From: a virus
Strand: one strand, 5' to 3'
Length of the DNA: 64,000 nt
IMG/VR virus record: IMGVR_UViG_3300044839_000009
Span: 23,407-87,406 of that record
The position numbers and the translations under genes were made by a program. Every line of letters starts with the position of its first letter. The stretch's first letter is position 1. Of this stretch, positions 44,592 through 53,794 are shown piece after piece. The notes under the pieces were generated by a model. The model did no database searches. It was not told the origin of the DNA and saw only the letters and a list, made by a program, of their open reading frames with translations.

Positions 44592-45032
44592 TCAGCGAGC
44601 GGCGAGCACGGCAGCCACGGCGATCCAGCCCTTGTGCCAGGACTGGTCAAGCAGGTAGCCCGCGCCGGGATCACGCTCCAGCCACCCGGCGTGCCCGGTG
44701 ACGGCGGCGAGGCGGACGACGCTGCGCGGGTGCTTATCGCGCCAGTGGCCGCCTTGGCGGTCGGCGATGTAGTGCGTGGCTGCGGACAGGGCGAGGCCGA
44801 GTGCTGCCCGCCTCCAGTTGAGGCGCAGGCCCAGCACGCGGTCGGCGGCCAGGAGCGCAGCGCCCTGTGTGGCGGTGTACGTCGCGACATGCGCGGCGCA
44901 CGCCTTGGCACCCTCGGGGCCGGGCTTGCCCTTGGCGACGGCTTGGGCGTCGATCTGCACCCAGTGGTCGGCGACTTCGTGGGAGGCGGTGAGGACGGCG
45001 TAGGCGGCGGCGAAACGAGCGGCGGTGGTCAT
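44592..45032 (-). CDS. DUF3307-like membrane protein
   Basis: HEVADHWVQ...HVATY...THYIADR...DQSWH. Confidence 0.75.
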   Translation of the reverse strand: MTTAARFAAAYAVLTASHEVADHWVQIDAQAVAKGKPGPEGAKACAAHVATYTATQGAALLAADRVLGLRLNWRRAALGLALSAATHYIADRQGGHWRDKHPRSVVRLAAVTGHAGWLERDPGAGYLLDQSWHKGWIAVAAVLAAR

Positions 45033-45143
45033 GGTGGCCTTCCGGTGGTCGGTTGGGTCGTGCGGGTCAGGGTCGTTCGCCGCGTCGCAGGCCCGCGATG
45101 GCGCAGGCGGCGGCGAGGACGGCGAGGACGTACTGCGGCCAGG

Positions 45144-45596
45144 TCACGGCCGGTCCGGCTGGGGGTCGTTGCGGCGGAAGATGGCGCGGGCCGCATCCAT
45201 GGCCAGTGCGCGCCCGTAGTCCTCGTCGTAGGGCAACGCGAACCCGTCCTCGGGCGTGATCAGCGCCGGGGCGATCAGGTCGGCGAGTTGCTGGACGGTG
45301 TACGCGTCGAAGCCGATCGACGGATAGCCGTCGTGGTCGTTGTAGACGCAGGACAGGCTCACGGTCGGCTCGGGCTCGGGCGCGAACTCACAGCCGGGCC
45401 AGCGGTACGTGTGGACGCGGGCCTTGTGGCAGTCCCGGATGCAGCCATCGAATCCCGAAGCCGTAGACGGCCCCTCAGAGCCCCCAGGAGCACCCTGGAC
45501 GTCCTGAGCCTCCATTCCGGCGTCCGAAGCCGTTACGCGGGCGCTGAGGCCCCCGGACGGGGCATCGGCAGGCGCGTTGCTCGGATCGGGTCGCAT
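45144..45596 (-). CDS. Hypothetical protein
   Basis: Coupled ORF in the early operon. Confidence 0.45.
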   Translation of the reverse strand: MRPDPSNAPADAPSGGLSARVTASDAGMEAQDVQGAPGGSEGPSTASGFDGCIRDCHKARVHTYRWPGCEFAPEPEPTVSLSCVYNDHDGYPSIGFDAYTVQQLADLIAPALITPEDGFALPYDEDYGRALAMDAARAIFRRNDPQPDRP

Positions 45597-45829
45597 CACG
45601 CGGTCTCCTCGGTCGGGTTGATGGCATCCGGGATCAGCCCGGCCCGGGTCGCCAGATGCACGGCGTGCGTCACCGTCTCCGCCCCCAGCCGCAACCTCGC
45701 CCGGTGCAGCGCTTTGGACACCGCTGGACGCGAGATGCCCCGCTCCCGCGCCAGTTGCTGGTGCGACACCCCGTGCGCCACCGCCGTCAGCAACATCCGC
45801 TGCTCCGGCGTCAACGACTGCGCGCTCAC
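45596..45829 (-). CDS. LuxR-type HTH protein
   Basis: LTPEQRMLLTAVAHGVSHQQLARERGISRPAV...RLGAETVTHAVHLATRAGLI. Confidence 0.85.
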   Translation of the reverse strand: MSAQSLTPEQRMLLTAVAHGVSHQQLARERGISRPAVSKALHRARLRLGAETVTHAVHLATRAGLIPDAINPTEETA

Positions 45830-46053
45830 ACCTCCACCCCCTCGTCGTCGCGCCGCCAGTTCCGCCACGTCCGCACAGGCCGGGCCAGCAGGCTCCCGGC
45901 CACCACCACCGTCCGACGCGGACGTGTCGCCGCCCACCAGCCACCCGCCTGGACCTGACGCCACGCCCAATCCGCCAGCCAATGACGGACCCGGCGACGA
46001 CCCAGCAGGTAGCCGATGAGGAGACCGGCGAACGCGGTCAGGGCGGGCGTCAC
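45826..46053 (-). CDS. Small membrane-anchored protein
   Basis: AFAGLLIGYLLGR. Confidence 0.55.
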   Translation of the reverse strand: MTPALTAFAGLLIGYLLGRRRVRHWLADWAWRQVQAGGWWAATRPRRTVVVAGSLLARPVRTWRNWRRDDEGVEV

Positions 46054-46670
46054 CGGGTGCTCCGGGGGTCAACGTCCGTGCGGGCGGCGGGCTGCTGCGC
46101 CTCGTCGGCCATGCGGCGCAGCTCACTGGCCGCACGCGACAGCCCCGACGCGTACCGATCGGCGACCGGCGGAGCCAGCGTCGTGGCGCGCACATGGATC
46201 GCGGTCGCGGCCTCCCGCAGGATCGCCGCCCGGTCGGCGGGGGCGGGGAGCACGGCCAGTACCGCGTCGGCGTACACGTGGGCCGGGATCAGCTGCGGGT
46301 GCGCCTTCCACCAGGCGAGCGCCTCCGGGGTGCCGTTGCTGTCGCGGATGGCCTGCGCGGCGCGCTCTCGCAGCGCGGCCCGGTCGGCGGGCGCAGACGA
46401 CGAGGCGCGGGCCACAGCAGCAGCCGTAGCAGCGATGGTGCGCGGATCATCAACGATGAGGCTCGTACCCTCCGTCTCGCAGTGCTCCCACACGGCGGCG
46501 GCGATGGACTCCATCAGCGGGTCACCGTCCACCCACGCGGCGGGCACGGCGTCGTGCTGGTCGGCGGGGTGCCGATCGTGGGCCCACCAGCTGCCGGTGG
46601 GGCAGTCGATGAAGCCGATCGGGGTGGCGCCGGTCGTCTCGTTGGGTCGGTCTTCCGTTGGGCTGGTCAT
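46050..46670 (-). CDS. Hypothetical protein
   Basis: Repeated PADRAA(L/I) motif. Confidence 0.6.
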   Translation of the reverse strand: MTSPTEDRPNETTGATPIGFIDCPTGSWWAHDRHPADQHDAVPAAWVDGDPLMESIAAAVWEHCETEGTSLIVDDPRTIAATAAAVARASSSAPADRAALRERAAQAIRDSNGTPEALAWWKAHPQLIPAHVYADAVLAVLPAPADRAAILREAATAIHVRATTLAPPVADRYASGLSRAASELRRMADEAQQPAARTDVDPRSTR

Positions 46671-46802
46671 GGGGTCTGTCCTCGGGTTGGGATGCGGGTG
46701 GGTTGGGGCTTCAGCGGGCCATAAGCCAGGCGGCGGCGGGGTACGCGGCGATCACCGCAAGCAGGGCGATGGTGGTCAACAGCCACGGGAACAGGCGGCG
46801 GG

Positions 46803-48005
46803 TCACGCGGCGGCCGCCAGGGCGGTGTGGATGCGCGAGGCCAGCCACTGGGCGACATTGACCGGGACGGCGTTGCCGATCTGGAGCTTCTGCTCCGCGT
46901 CGGTGCCAGCCAGCAGGTGGTGCGTCGGGAAGCCCTGCGCGAGGGCCTTCTCAGCGAGGGCCAGCGGGCGGTACTCGCACTCGTCGACGGTCATGTCGGC
47001 GGTCGGGCGGACGAGGTAGTGGTGCTCGCCGCCCTGTGCCGTCACGGTGCCGATCGGGGCGTCGAGCGAAGTGGCCGTGCCGTGGTTCCGCAGCGTGACC
47101 ATGAACGGCTTGCCGCCGAACCGGTCAAGGCCGATCTCGACCCGGCGCCGGGTCGCGGCCTCGTAGGGCACGAACGCTTTGCCGTTGTGCCAGCCGTCGC
47201 CGAACCGGCTGCCGCGCACAGCCAGGTCGATGACGTCACCGATCCCGCGGGTCACTGGCTCGACCCGCACATGGCAGCGCGGGGTGGGGCAGATGTAGTG
47301 ATAGCCCTTGCGGTACCCGCCGACCTTGCGGACGCCGGGCTTGGTGGTCCAGTTCTGAATGCCCAGGACCGGCCCGCAGTTGGGACAGAAGGCGTCCGGG
47401 CGGGGCCGCAGGTCGGGCAGGCGCCCCAGGTCTTTGCGGACCATGGCCCATACGAGCCGGTTGCGGGACTGCGGGAGTCGGTCGTAGCCGTCGCCGTGGA
47501 TGTGCGCTGCGTTGACGGAGGCGATGACCGGGTTGTAGCCGAGGGCGTCCCACACGCCGAGCCACGCACCGAACAGCGGCCAGCGGGTCGCGAAGCCGGG
47601 GACGTTCTCGCCGGCGTAGAACAGCGGCCGGTGAACTTCGGCGTACCGGATGGGGTCCCAGGCGGTCATGCGGGTCCGGGACCAGTCGGCGGGCTTGACC
47701 TGCTGCTCGGTGTCGTCGTCGAAGTCGAACTCGGCCTGGACCTTCGGGGCGGACTGCCCGCCGGCCGGGCCCACTTCGGTGCAGATCGGCGACCCGACCA
47801 GCCCGTCGACCGCGGGGAGGCTGCGCATGTCGAGGTTGTTGATGTCGGTCTGCTGGACGCGAAGGGTGCGCCAGTTCAGCCGTGCGGTGTCGCATGCGGC
47901 CTCGGCGTGGTTGGCGGCGTACAGGCCACGGAACCCGGCGTTGTCGAAGCCGCGGAGGTCGCCGCAGCCACCCGCGAACAGGTGCACCGTCGTCAGGGCG
48001 GTCAT
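46803..48005 (-). CDS. C5 cytosine DNA methyltransferase
   Basis: Motif I HLFAGGCG, catalytic SPIC, ENV, PQSRNR, AQGFP and QIGNAVP. Confidence 0.92.
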   Translation of the reverse strand: MTALTTVHLFAGGCGDLRGFDNAGFRGLYAANHAEAACDTARLNWRTLRVQQTDINNLDMRSLPAVDGLVGSPICTEVGPAGGQSAPKVQAEFDFDDDTEQQVKPADWSRTRMTAWDPIRYAEVHRPLFYAGENVPGFATRWPLFGAWLGVWDALGYNPVIASVNAAHIHGDGYDRLPQSRNRLVWAMVRKDLGRLPDLRPRPDAFCPNCGPVLGIQNWTTKPGVRKVGGYRKGYHYICPTPRCHVRVEPVTRGIGDVIDLAVRGSRFGDGWHNGKAFVPYEAATRRRVEIGLDRFGGKPFMVTLRNHGTATSLDAPIGTVTAQGGEHHYLVRPTADMTVDECEYRPLALAEKALAQGFPTHHLLAGTDAEQKLQIGNAVPVNVAQWLASRIHTALAAAA

Positions 48006-48397
48006 CAGCCAGCCTTTCGCGGGGTGGGGTGGGCGGCGGGACGGGCGGGGACAGGGCGGGCGGAGCGCCACCGGTAGACGGTGCGTTCGGTGACGTCGAG
48101 GACCCGCGCTATCTCGGGGACGGTCAGGCCGCGTTCGGTGAGCCGCTGCCCGACGAGGCGGAGTTCGAGGCGCGTCATGCCGGGCATCACCCGCCGTCCG
48201 GCGACGGCCTGGTCGACGGTCACCTCGTCGGCGACGGTCCACTGCGTGAACTCCGGGTCGCCGTGGCGCTTGATGCGCGTGTCGTGCATGTTGCAGATCG
48301 TCCGCAGCAGGATCCGGGGCCGGGTGCAGTCCTCGAACCGGCAGAGCTCGCGGGTGGTCGGGACGGCCTCGACGGGGGGGCGCTCGAGCGTCGTCAT
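48005..48397 (-). CDS. Zinc-finger plus HTH protein
   Basis: CRFEDC...CNMH...RHGDP; LTVPEIARVLDVTERTVYRWR. Confidence 0.75.
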   Translation of the reverse strand: MTTLERPPVEAVPTTRELCRFEDCTRPRILLRTICNMHDTRIKRHGDPEFTQWTVADEVTVDQAVAGRRVMPGMTRLELRLVGQRLTERGLTVPEIARVLDVTERTVYRWRSARPVPARPAAHPTPRKAG

Positions 48398-49233
48398 GTC
48401 ATGCACCAGCCGGAGTCGCAGGAGCCGTCGCTGTCGTCGGCGAGTGGCAGCAGGTCCACGCCGGCGGGGATGGCCTCGCGCAGGGGGCGGCCGAGCCCGG
48501 TCAGGTACGCCGGGTCCTTCGGCTTGCCGTTGCTGTCGCGCATTGCGAGCCGTCGGGCAACGAGCGTGTCTTCGAGGGCGCACGCCCGGTCGAACAGGTC
48601 CGGCTGGGTACGGCGCAGTTCGTGCCACTCGGTGGGCCGCTTCATCGGGCAGAACCAGCAGGCGCTCTTGGGCGGGATGGGAAGCCCGGCTTCGGTGATG
48701 ATGCGCTGGCAGTCGGTGCGGCGCAGGCCGAGGTCGAGCAGCGGGTAGACGACGCGCTCGTGTGCGATCCGGCTGCGGTTGTTGGCGCGGTGGATCTCGT
48801 CGAGGCTGATGCCGATGCCGACGGTGGCCGGGTTGTCCTCGGTGGCTCCGCGCCGGGCGAGCTCGTCGGCGATGACCTTGATCTTGTATCGGTCGGTGCA
48901 CTGCCGGGTGCCGGGGCCGCCACCGGTCATGTGTACGGGGATGCCGATGCTCTTCGACTCGGGCCGCTCCAGGTCCGCAAGGAGACTGCGAACCTCGCCC
49001 CGACGCGCCCCGCTACGGCCGATGCGCTTCAGTTCGACCAGCTCGAGGTCGTGGCTGGCTGCGAACGGCTTTGCGACCTCCTCGATGTAGCGCAGGGTTT
49101 CGGGCTGCTCAGAGTCGTCGCCAACGTTGGCGAACAGGAACGTCCGGAAGTCGATTCGGCCAGTCGCTGCGAGGACGAGGAGCGCGGTGGACTGCTGGCC
49201 ACCGCCGAAGCTGATGACGCGGATCTCGCTCAT
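48394..49233 (-). CDS. PAPS-reductase-like adenine nucleotide alpha-hydrolase
   Basis: PP-loop ISFGGGQQST, FANVG..E.PET, RQCTDRYKI, YPL and PPKSACWFCP. Confidence 0.85.
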   Translation of the reverse strand: MSEIRVISFGGGQQSTALLVLAATGRIDFRTFLFANVGDDSEQPETLRYIEEVAKPFAASHDLELVELKRIGRSGARRGEVRSLLADLERPESKSIGIPVHMTGGGPGTRQCTDRYKIKVIADELARRGATEDNPATVGIGISLDEIHRANNRSRIAHERVVYPLLDLGLRRTDCQRIITEAGLPIPPKSACWFCPMKRPTEWHELRRTQPDLFDRACALEDTLVARRLAMRDSNGKPKDPAYLTGLGRPLREAIPAGVDLLPLADDSDGSCDSGWCMT

Positions 49234-49541
49234 GCCGCCATCTCCTCGGCTTCGGTCTGGCGCAGGACGTGGACGGCCCCGTCGTGGAGGGCCTGGCCCG
49301 CTTCGTGGCAGGGCGTGCCGGGGGCGACCTGGCAGGTCGGGCAGACCGCGGACGAGGCGACCCACGCGGAGATTCGCTTCGGGTGCGGCTCGGGCATCAG
49401 GCGCCGCTTGCTGGGCGTCGTGCACGGCCGGTGCTCGTGGGCGCCGCAGTGCGGGCACTCGACGGCGCGCGCCGGGTGGTGCTTGGCGCGGACGGCGTGG
49501 CGGATCTCGTCGGGCATGTCGGCGGCGGGCGGGCGGCTCAT
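49230..49541 (-). CDS. Tandem zinc-finger protein
   Basis: CPHCGA...PC...H twice. Confidence 0.7.
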   Translation of the reverse strand: MSRPPAADMPDEIRHAVRAKHHPARAVECPHCGAHEHRPCTTPSKRRLMPEPHPKRISAWVASSAVCPTCQVAPGTPCHEAGQALHDGAVHVLRQTEAEEMAA

Positions 49542-49864
49542 CGCTGGCTCCTCGGGGCGTCGTCGGTGGGTGGTGTGCATCCGCATTCGCAGCGGTACTG
49601 GCCGGGCGGGCTGCCGGCGCGCATCCAGGCGCGGTGCTCCTCGGCGGCCGCGGCCCACGCTTCGGGCGGCTGGGGTGCGACCGGGCCCGGTGGGCTGGTG
49701 CCGGTTGGCCACGCCCCGGGACGGTGGCCGGGCACGGCGGGCGTGACCTTCACGGGCTTCGCGTCGCGGCGGCCCTTGCCGGCGGCCTGCTGCTCGCGGA
49801 GGAACGCCCGCAAGTCGCCCTGCTTCCGCATGGCGTGGATGTCGGTCTCGTCAAAGTCGGTCAT
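49538..49864 (-). CDS. Hypothetical protein
   Basis: DIHAMRKQGDLRAFLR...HRPGAWP. Confidence 0.6.
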   Translation of the reverse strand: MTDFDETDIHAMRKQGDLRAFLREQQAAGKGRRDAKPVKVTPAVPGHRPGAWPTGTSPPGPVAPQPPEAWAAAAEEHRAWMRAGSPPGQYRCECGCTPPTDDAPRSQR

Positions 49865-50607
49865 GACGGCTGCCCCTCGTCGATGAGCTCCGCGTCGTGG
49901 ATCTCGCCTTCGGCTTCCATCCGGGCCAGCGCCAGCCGGGACGCCTCACGACGGCGCTCTTCCTCGGCAGCCCGCTGCTCGGGCGTGATCTCCGGTTCGC
50001 CGGACGCGACACGGAGGCGGGCGGTGTGTGGCTTTAGGCGCGTCTTGCCGAGGGGCTGCTTGTCGCTACCACCGGGCGTCCTGCACGGGCGACCCAAGGC
50101 GGCACCGCACGCCGGGCATTCGACACCGAGCGGCCCGGCACGGCGCACAGTGTCGGCGAGCGACTCTTCGTCGGAGTCCGTCACCGCGCGGCCGACGCCG
50201 CCGTCCTCGAGAGCCTTCGCCACCGAGGCATGCGGGCCGCCGGTCAGAGCAAGCCGACCAGAGGGCGCAGCGACACGGCCAGAGGCAATCGCCTGGACCT
50301 GACCCCGGTAGCGGGCAAGGAACTCGGCAGGAGTCTCATCGCCGAGCGGCTCGTACTGGAAGTTCTCCAGCCGCTGGCTGCGGATCTTGCTGCGGAGGGT
50401 GCGGACGTGGTGCGGCAGGATCCACAACTTCGCCTCGGGGTCCTTCGGCGGCGTGCTGTAGTACGCGGCGACAGCGGCCTTGGCGTCCTTGTCGAGCGGC
50501 ACATCGTGGAGGGCTGACGCCCAAGCCACAGCGGCAGCAGCGGAAGGCTTGCGGTTGTCGAAGGCGGCGCAATGGCCGAGCAGCTCGGCTGCTTCGTTGA
50601 GGTTCAC
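49861..50607 (-). CDS. Helicase loader/inhibitor-like protein with C-terminal zinc finger
   Basis: EAAELLGHCAAFDNRK...AWASAL...AVAAYY...WILPHHV; directly after the initiator gene. Confidence 0.65.
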   Translation of the reverse strand: MNLNEAAELLGHCAAFDNRKPSAAAAVAWASALHDVPLDKDAKAAVAAYYSTPPKDPEAKLWILPHHVRTLRSKIRSQRLENFQYEPLGDETPAEFLARYRGQVQAIASGRVAAPSGRLALTGGPHASVAKALEDGGVGRAVTDSDEESLADTVRRAGPLGVECPACGAALGRPCRTPGGSDKQPLGKTRLKPHTARLRVASGEPEITPEQRAAEEERRREASRLALARMEAEGEIHDAELIDEGQPS

Positions 50608-51683
50608 GCGGAGTCCTCGGACTTGAGAGAGGCGGCGAGGGCCGCCCAGCCGGCGACCGTCGCGTCCGTGCCCGTGAGGGGCTGCCCGGAGGACAGCTGG
50701 ACGACGTTCGAGGGGGCGCCCCGCTGCTGGCGCTCGTAGGCGCGCTTCCCGGAATCGCGGATCCACTTCTGCCAGGCGTCGTGCCAGTTGCGCTTCTTAC
50801 GGCCTTCGGCCCGCCAGTAGGAGATGAACTGCTCGGTCTCGAACTCGGGGTTGAGTCCCGGGTAGGTCGCGACGACCCAGCGCCGCATCGTGTCGTTCAG
50901 GTAGAAGTCGTCGGGGATGAGGTGGAGGCCGTCAGGCCGGTGAGCCTCAGCGACAGCGCTGCTCGGCTCCTGCTGACGGCCTTCGCCCCCAGACCCCCTC
51001 GCTCCCTTGCTCCCTTGCTCCCTTGCTCCCTTGCTCCCTTGCTCAGGGACGAAATAATCCGGAGCGTCTCCGGAGTCATTCGCGAGAGATTCCGGAGCGT
51101 CTTCCCAGTGGTCCTGACCTGCAACGTCGTCAGGTTCGGCGTCCGACACGGGGTCATCTACGTGGTGGATCAACGTGACATGTCCCGGACCCGCGGAAGC
51201 GCCCTCGGAAGCCCTTCCGGAGGGCCTTCCTGAAGCCTCTGGACCCCCTGCGGGGATCTTCGCGAGCGACTCGCGAGACTTTCGCGAACGATTGGTGAGG
51301 CGCTGCGGGTTGATCTCGCGCCACCGCTTGAAGTCGTCCGGCTCGTCATCCGGGCACGGCGGGATCTTCGAGCGGGTGGGGTGTGACGGCTTCTGGTGCT
51401 CGCGCCAGTTCGGAGCGTGCAGGTAGCGCCGGCCATCGACCTCGTAGCGGCACAGCGGGCCGGACTCGGCGATGTCCTCCAGCCAGCCGTCCACGATCTC
51501 GGGGGTGATGTCCCGGTCTCGCGGGAAGCAGTCGGAGGCGATGAGCAGCTCGTCGTCGACGCCGCGGCCGTAGTCGTCGAAGTAGCCCCACAGCAGGATG
51601 AAGAAGTAGCGGACCTCGCGCGGCCACATCGACACCGTGATCGAGGTGCGCATCTCGGGCTTGATCGAGCGGATACGGGCCAT
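50604..51683 (-). CDS. Phage replication initiator (replisome organiser type)
   Basis: MARIRSIKPE...LWGYFDDYGRG...YEVDGRRYL..PNWREHQKP; C-terminal ETEQFISYW...NWHDAWQKWIR. Confidence 0.88.
   Translation of the reverse strand: MARIRSIKPEMRTSITVSMWPREVRYFFILLWGYFDDYGRGVDDELLIASDCFPRDRDITPEIVDGWLEDIAESGPLCRYEVDGRRYLHAPNWREHQKPSHPTRSKIPPCPDDEPDDFKRWREINPQRLTNRSRKSRESLAKIPAGGPEASGRPSGRASEGASAGPGHVTLIHHVDDPVSDAEPDDVAGQDHWEDAPESLANDSGDAPDYFVPEQGSKGAREQGSKGARGSGGEGRQQEPSSAVAEAHRPDGLHLIPDDFYLNDTMRRWVVATYPGLNPEFETEQFISYWRAEGRKKRNWHDAWQKWIRDSGKRAYERQQRGAPSNVVQLSSGQPLTGTDATVAGWAALAASLKSEDSA
51001..51044. repeat. Perfect 8-bp tandem repeat (GCTCCCTT x5.5) inside the initiator gene; probable part of the phage origin
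   Basis: Units at 51001, 51009, 51017, 51025, 51033; clustered TCCGGA and TCGCGA motifs nearby (about 51058-51290). Confidence 0.85.
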
Positions 51684-53008
51684 CAGTTGCCACCGCCCAC
51701 GGGGAGCGTCGCGGCTTCGAGCACGGAGAGGTGCCGCGCGAGGCAGGTGGTCACATCCGGATCCCGGTAACTGCCGGCCGCGGATGCCGCCTCGTAGACG
51801 TCGGCCAGATAGAAGTCGCCGTCCTCGCCGATGCGGTGGAGGCTGGCAAAGAACTTCGAGGTCTCTTCCTCCGTGGGCTCGATCTCGCCTGTGGCCGTGA
51901 AGGCGACGCGCCACAGTTCGGACGCCCGAGACCGCCAACCGCAGACGCCTGTCGCCTTCAGTTCGTCATCGGTGAGACCGCTGTAGATCCGAGCTGATTT
52001 GTGGGAGCCGGCATGGCTAGCAGCTCGGACGATTCGAGCCAGGTAGACATCAGCGTCGAGGAGCTTGTCAATCTGCTCCCTGACCCGTTCCCTCTCCTTG
52101 TCGCTCGGGCCGCCGACGAACTTGCCGCCCCAGGGCTCGTCGCCGGGAACCCAGGTAGTGGGCCATGCCGAGATCCATGCGCGGCATGCGGTATCGCGGT
52201 CCATGTCCCTCAGCGCGACGGTGATGTCCGTGGTACCGAAGTACGTGGCGAACTGTGCGGCCTGGATGATCCGCTCGGGTTCCGTCAGATTCCGATCGGA
52301 CAGATCGGCCAGGCTGCGACGGAATTCCTCTTCCTGCTGCGTGGTGGGCGGTTCTTCGTTCTCGATCAAGCCGCAGTGCCAGACCGTGAACGCAGCCTCC
52401 AGCACCGACCTGCGACCGTCGAGGTTGGCTGGCGCCTGATTGACACCAACGATCCTTCGCGCCTCGGCCTGCAGGGCGGAGACCCTGTTCCAGGCGATGC
52501 CGCAGACGTAGCGGAAGGTGTTCTCGGGCTTGACCTTGTCGTTCGCCATGGCGGCGTCGACGACGTCGGCCCACATCCAGACGGGAACGCCGGCGGCGCG
52601 GAAGCGGTCCATGGCCTGCTTCCAGTCGTCGGGCAGCGGGATCTTCTTGGCGTCGTCCTTGCCGACGTGCCACCGGTTCCACTCGCCGAGGAAGGCCTCG
52701 CGGTACTCGAGCTTGGGAGCCTCCTGCTCTCGCAGGTTTTCGGCGGCCTGCTTCATCGCTTCGGCCCACCGGAGGGCGTCGTCGCTGACGTTGGCGACAA
52801 GCGCGGCATCTGGAGAGGCACTGCTCTTGCCGCTGTTGCACGGCTCGCACGACGTGACGAGGTTCGTCGGGTCGTCACTCCCGCCGAGCGCGACCGGCGT
52901 GACGTGGTCGATGCGCAGCGGGACGTCCGGCGCCTTGGCGCCGCAGTAGCGGCAGGTGTTCGAGTCCCGCCGGAGGATCTCGTAGCGGAGGCGCTTGGAG
53001 ACGGCCAT
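51683..53008 (-). CDS. HNH endonuclease with long helical C-terminal region
   Basis: RYEILRRDSNTCRYCG...IDHVTPVALGGSDDPTNLVTSCEPCNSGKS. Confidence 0.9.
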   Translation of the reverse strand: MAVSKRLRYEILRRDSNTCRYCGAKAPDVPLRIDHVTPVALGGSDDPTNLVTSCEPCNSGKSSASPDAALVANVSDDALRWAEAMKQAAENLREQEAPKLEYREAFLGEWNRWHVGKDDAKKIPLPDDWKQAMDRFRAAGVPVWMWADVVDAAMANDKVKPENTFRYVCGIAWNRVSALQAEARRIVGVNQAPANLDGRRSVLEAAFTVWHCGLIENEEPPTTQQEEEFRRSLADLSDRNLTEPERIIQAAQFATYFGTTDITVALRDMDRDTACRAWISAWPTTWVPGDEPWGGKFVGGPSDKERERVREQIDKLLDADVYLARIVRAASHAGSHKSARIYSGLTDDELKATGVCGWRSRASELWRVAFTATGEIEPTEEETSKFFASLHRIGEDGDFYLADVYEAASAAGSYRDPDVTTCLARHLSVLEAATLPVGGGN

Positions 53009-53135
53009 CAGTGCTTCTTTCGGTTGATCATGGACATGGGGAAGCAAGTCGCTCTGGCGCGCTGAGGTCTACGCTGCCATACTACTTTAAAGGTTGGCAA
53101 TATTGGAAGGATTGGCAATGACTTACACTCTGGCC

Positions 53136-53462
53136 ATGGCTGCTGAACAGGGCATTCAGATCGCGGAGGACGGCACGGCCGAGGTGTCGATGACCTACGC
53201 CCGCGCGAACCTGACGCAACTGATCCGCGAGGTCCGCTACGGGCGTCGGCTCGGGGCGTTCACCGAGCGCGGAGAGCGAAGCGCCTATGTCGTGCCGCCC
53301 GACGAGTACGAGCGAAAGACCAAGGCCAGCCGGACGCTCGAGGCCCTGTGGCAGATGCACGCCGACCTCGTCAGCGGGGAGCCGAAGCCGGACGCCTTGC
53401 ATACGGCGCGCATCCTGTACGAAGCCCTGGAAGCCGCCGACCGCCGCGCGGGCGACGGCTGA
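53136..53462 (+). CDS. Phd/YefM-like antitoxin-fold DNA-binding protein
   Basis: EVSMTYARANLTQLIREVRY...TERGERSAYVVP; TACACT box 6 nt upstream of ATG; TTGGCAAT repeats at 53094 and 53112. Confidence 0.72.
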   Translation: MAAEQGIQIAEDGTAEVSMTYARANLTQLIREVRYGRRLGAFTERGERSAYVVPPDEYERKTKASRTLEALWQMHADLVSGEPKPDALHTARILYEALEAADRRAGDG

Positions 53463-53548
53463 CCCTGCCCCCCGCTCCCCCCTCGCCCCGCCCCCACAGC
53501 GGGGCGTCGTCATGTCCGGTCGGCGTCCTTCGGGTCCGCGCCGGCCGG

Positions 53549-53794
53549 TCACCGGGCGCCTGCTGTCTGTCGCCGTACCCGGGCGAGTGCTTTGCGGCGG
53601 AGGGCGGTGAATCCTCCGTAGATGCCTGCGCGGGCCGGTTCGCCTTCTTCGGCGGTCATGGCGTCGTCTAGGCATTCGCGTCGGACGGTGTAGCGGTCGC
53701 AGTAGTCGAGGGCTTCGCGGCGGCGGGTGGTGGTGAAGAACACTCGCCAGTCGACGCCGCGACAGGCCGCGTTGAGCTGCCAGCGGGCGGTCAT
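53549..53794 (-). CDS. WhiB-like protein with third Cys replaced by Tyr
   Basis: WQLNAACRGVD..VFF...YCDRYTVRREC...GIYGGFT. Confidence 0.8.
   Translation of the reverse strand: MTARWQLNAACRGVDWRVFFTTTRRREALDYCDRYTVRRECLDDAMTAEEGEPARAGIYGGFTALRRKALARVRRQTAGAR

Noticed and set aside
44173-45620. Recurring EE(T/P)x-stop gene endings as a repeat family
   Set aside because: Explained by the GAGGAG RBS plus overlapping stop/start of coupled genes
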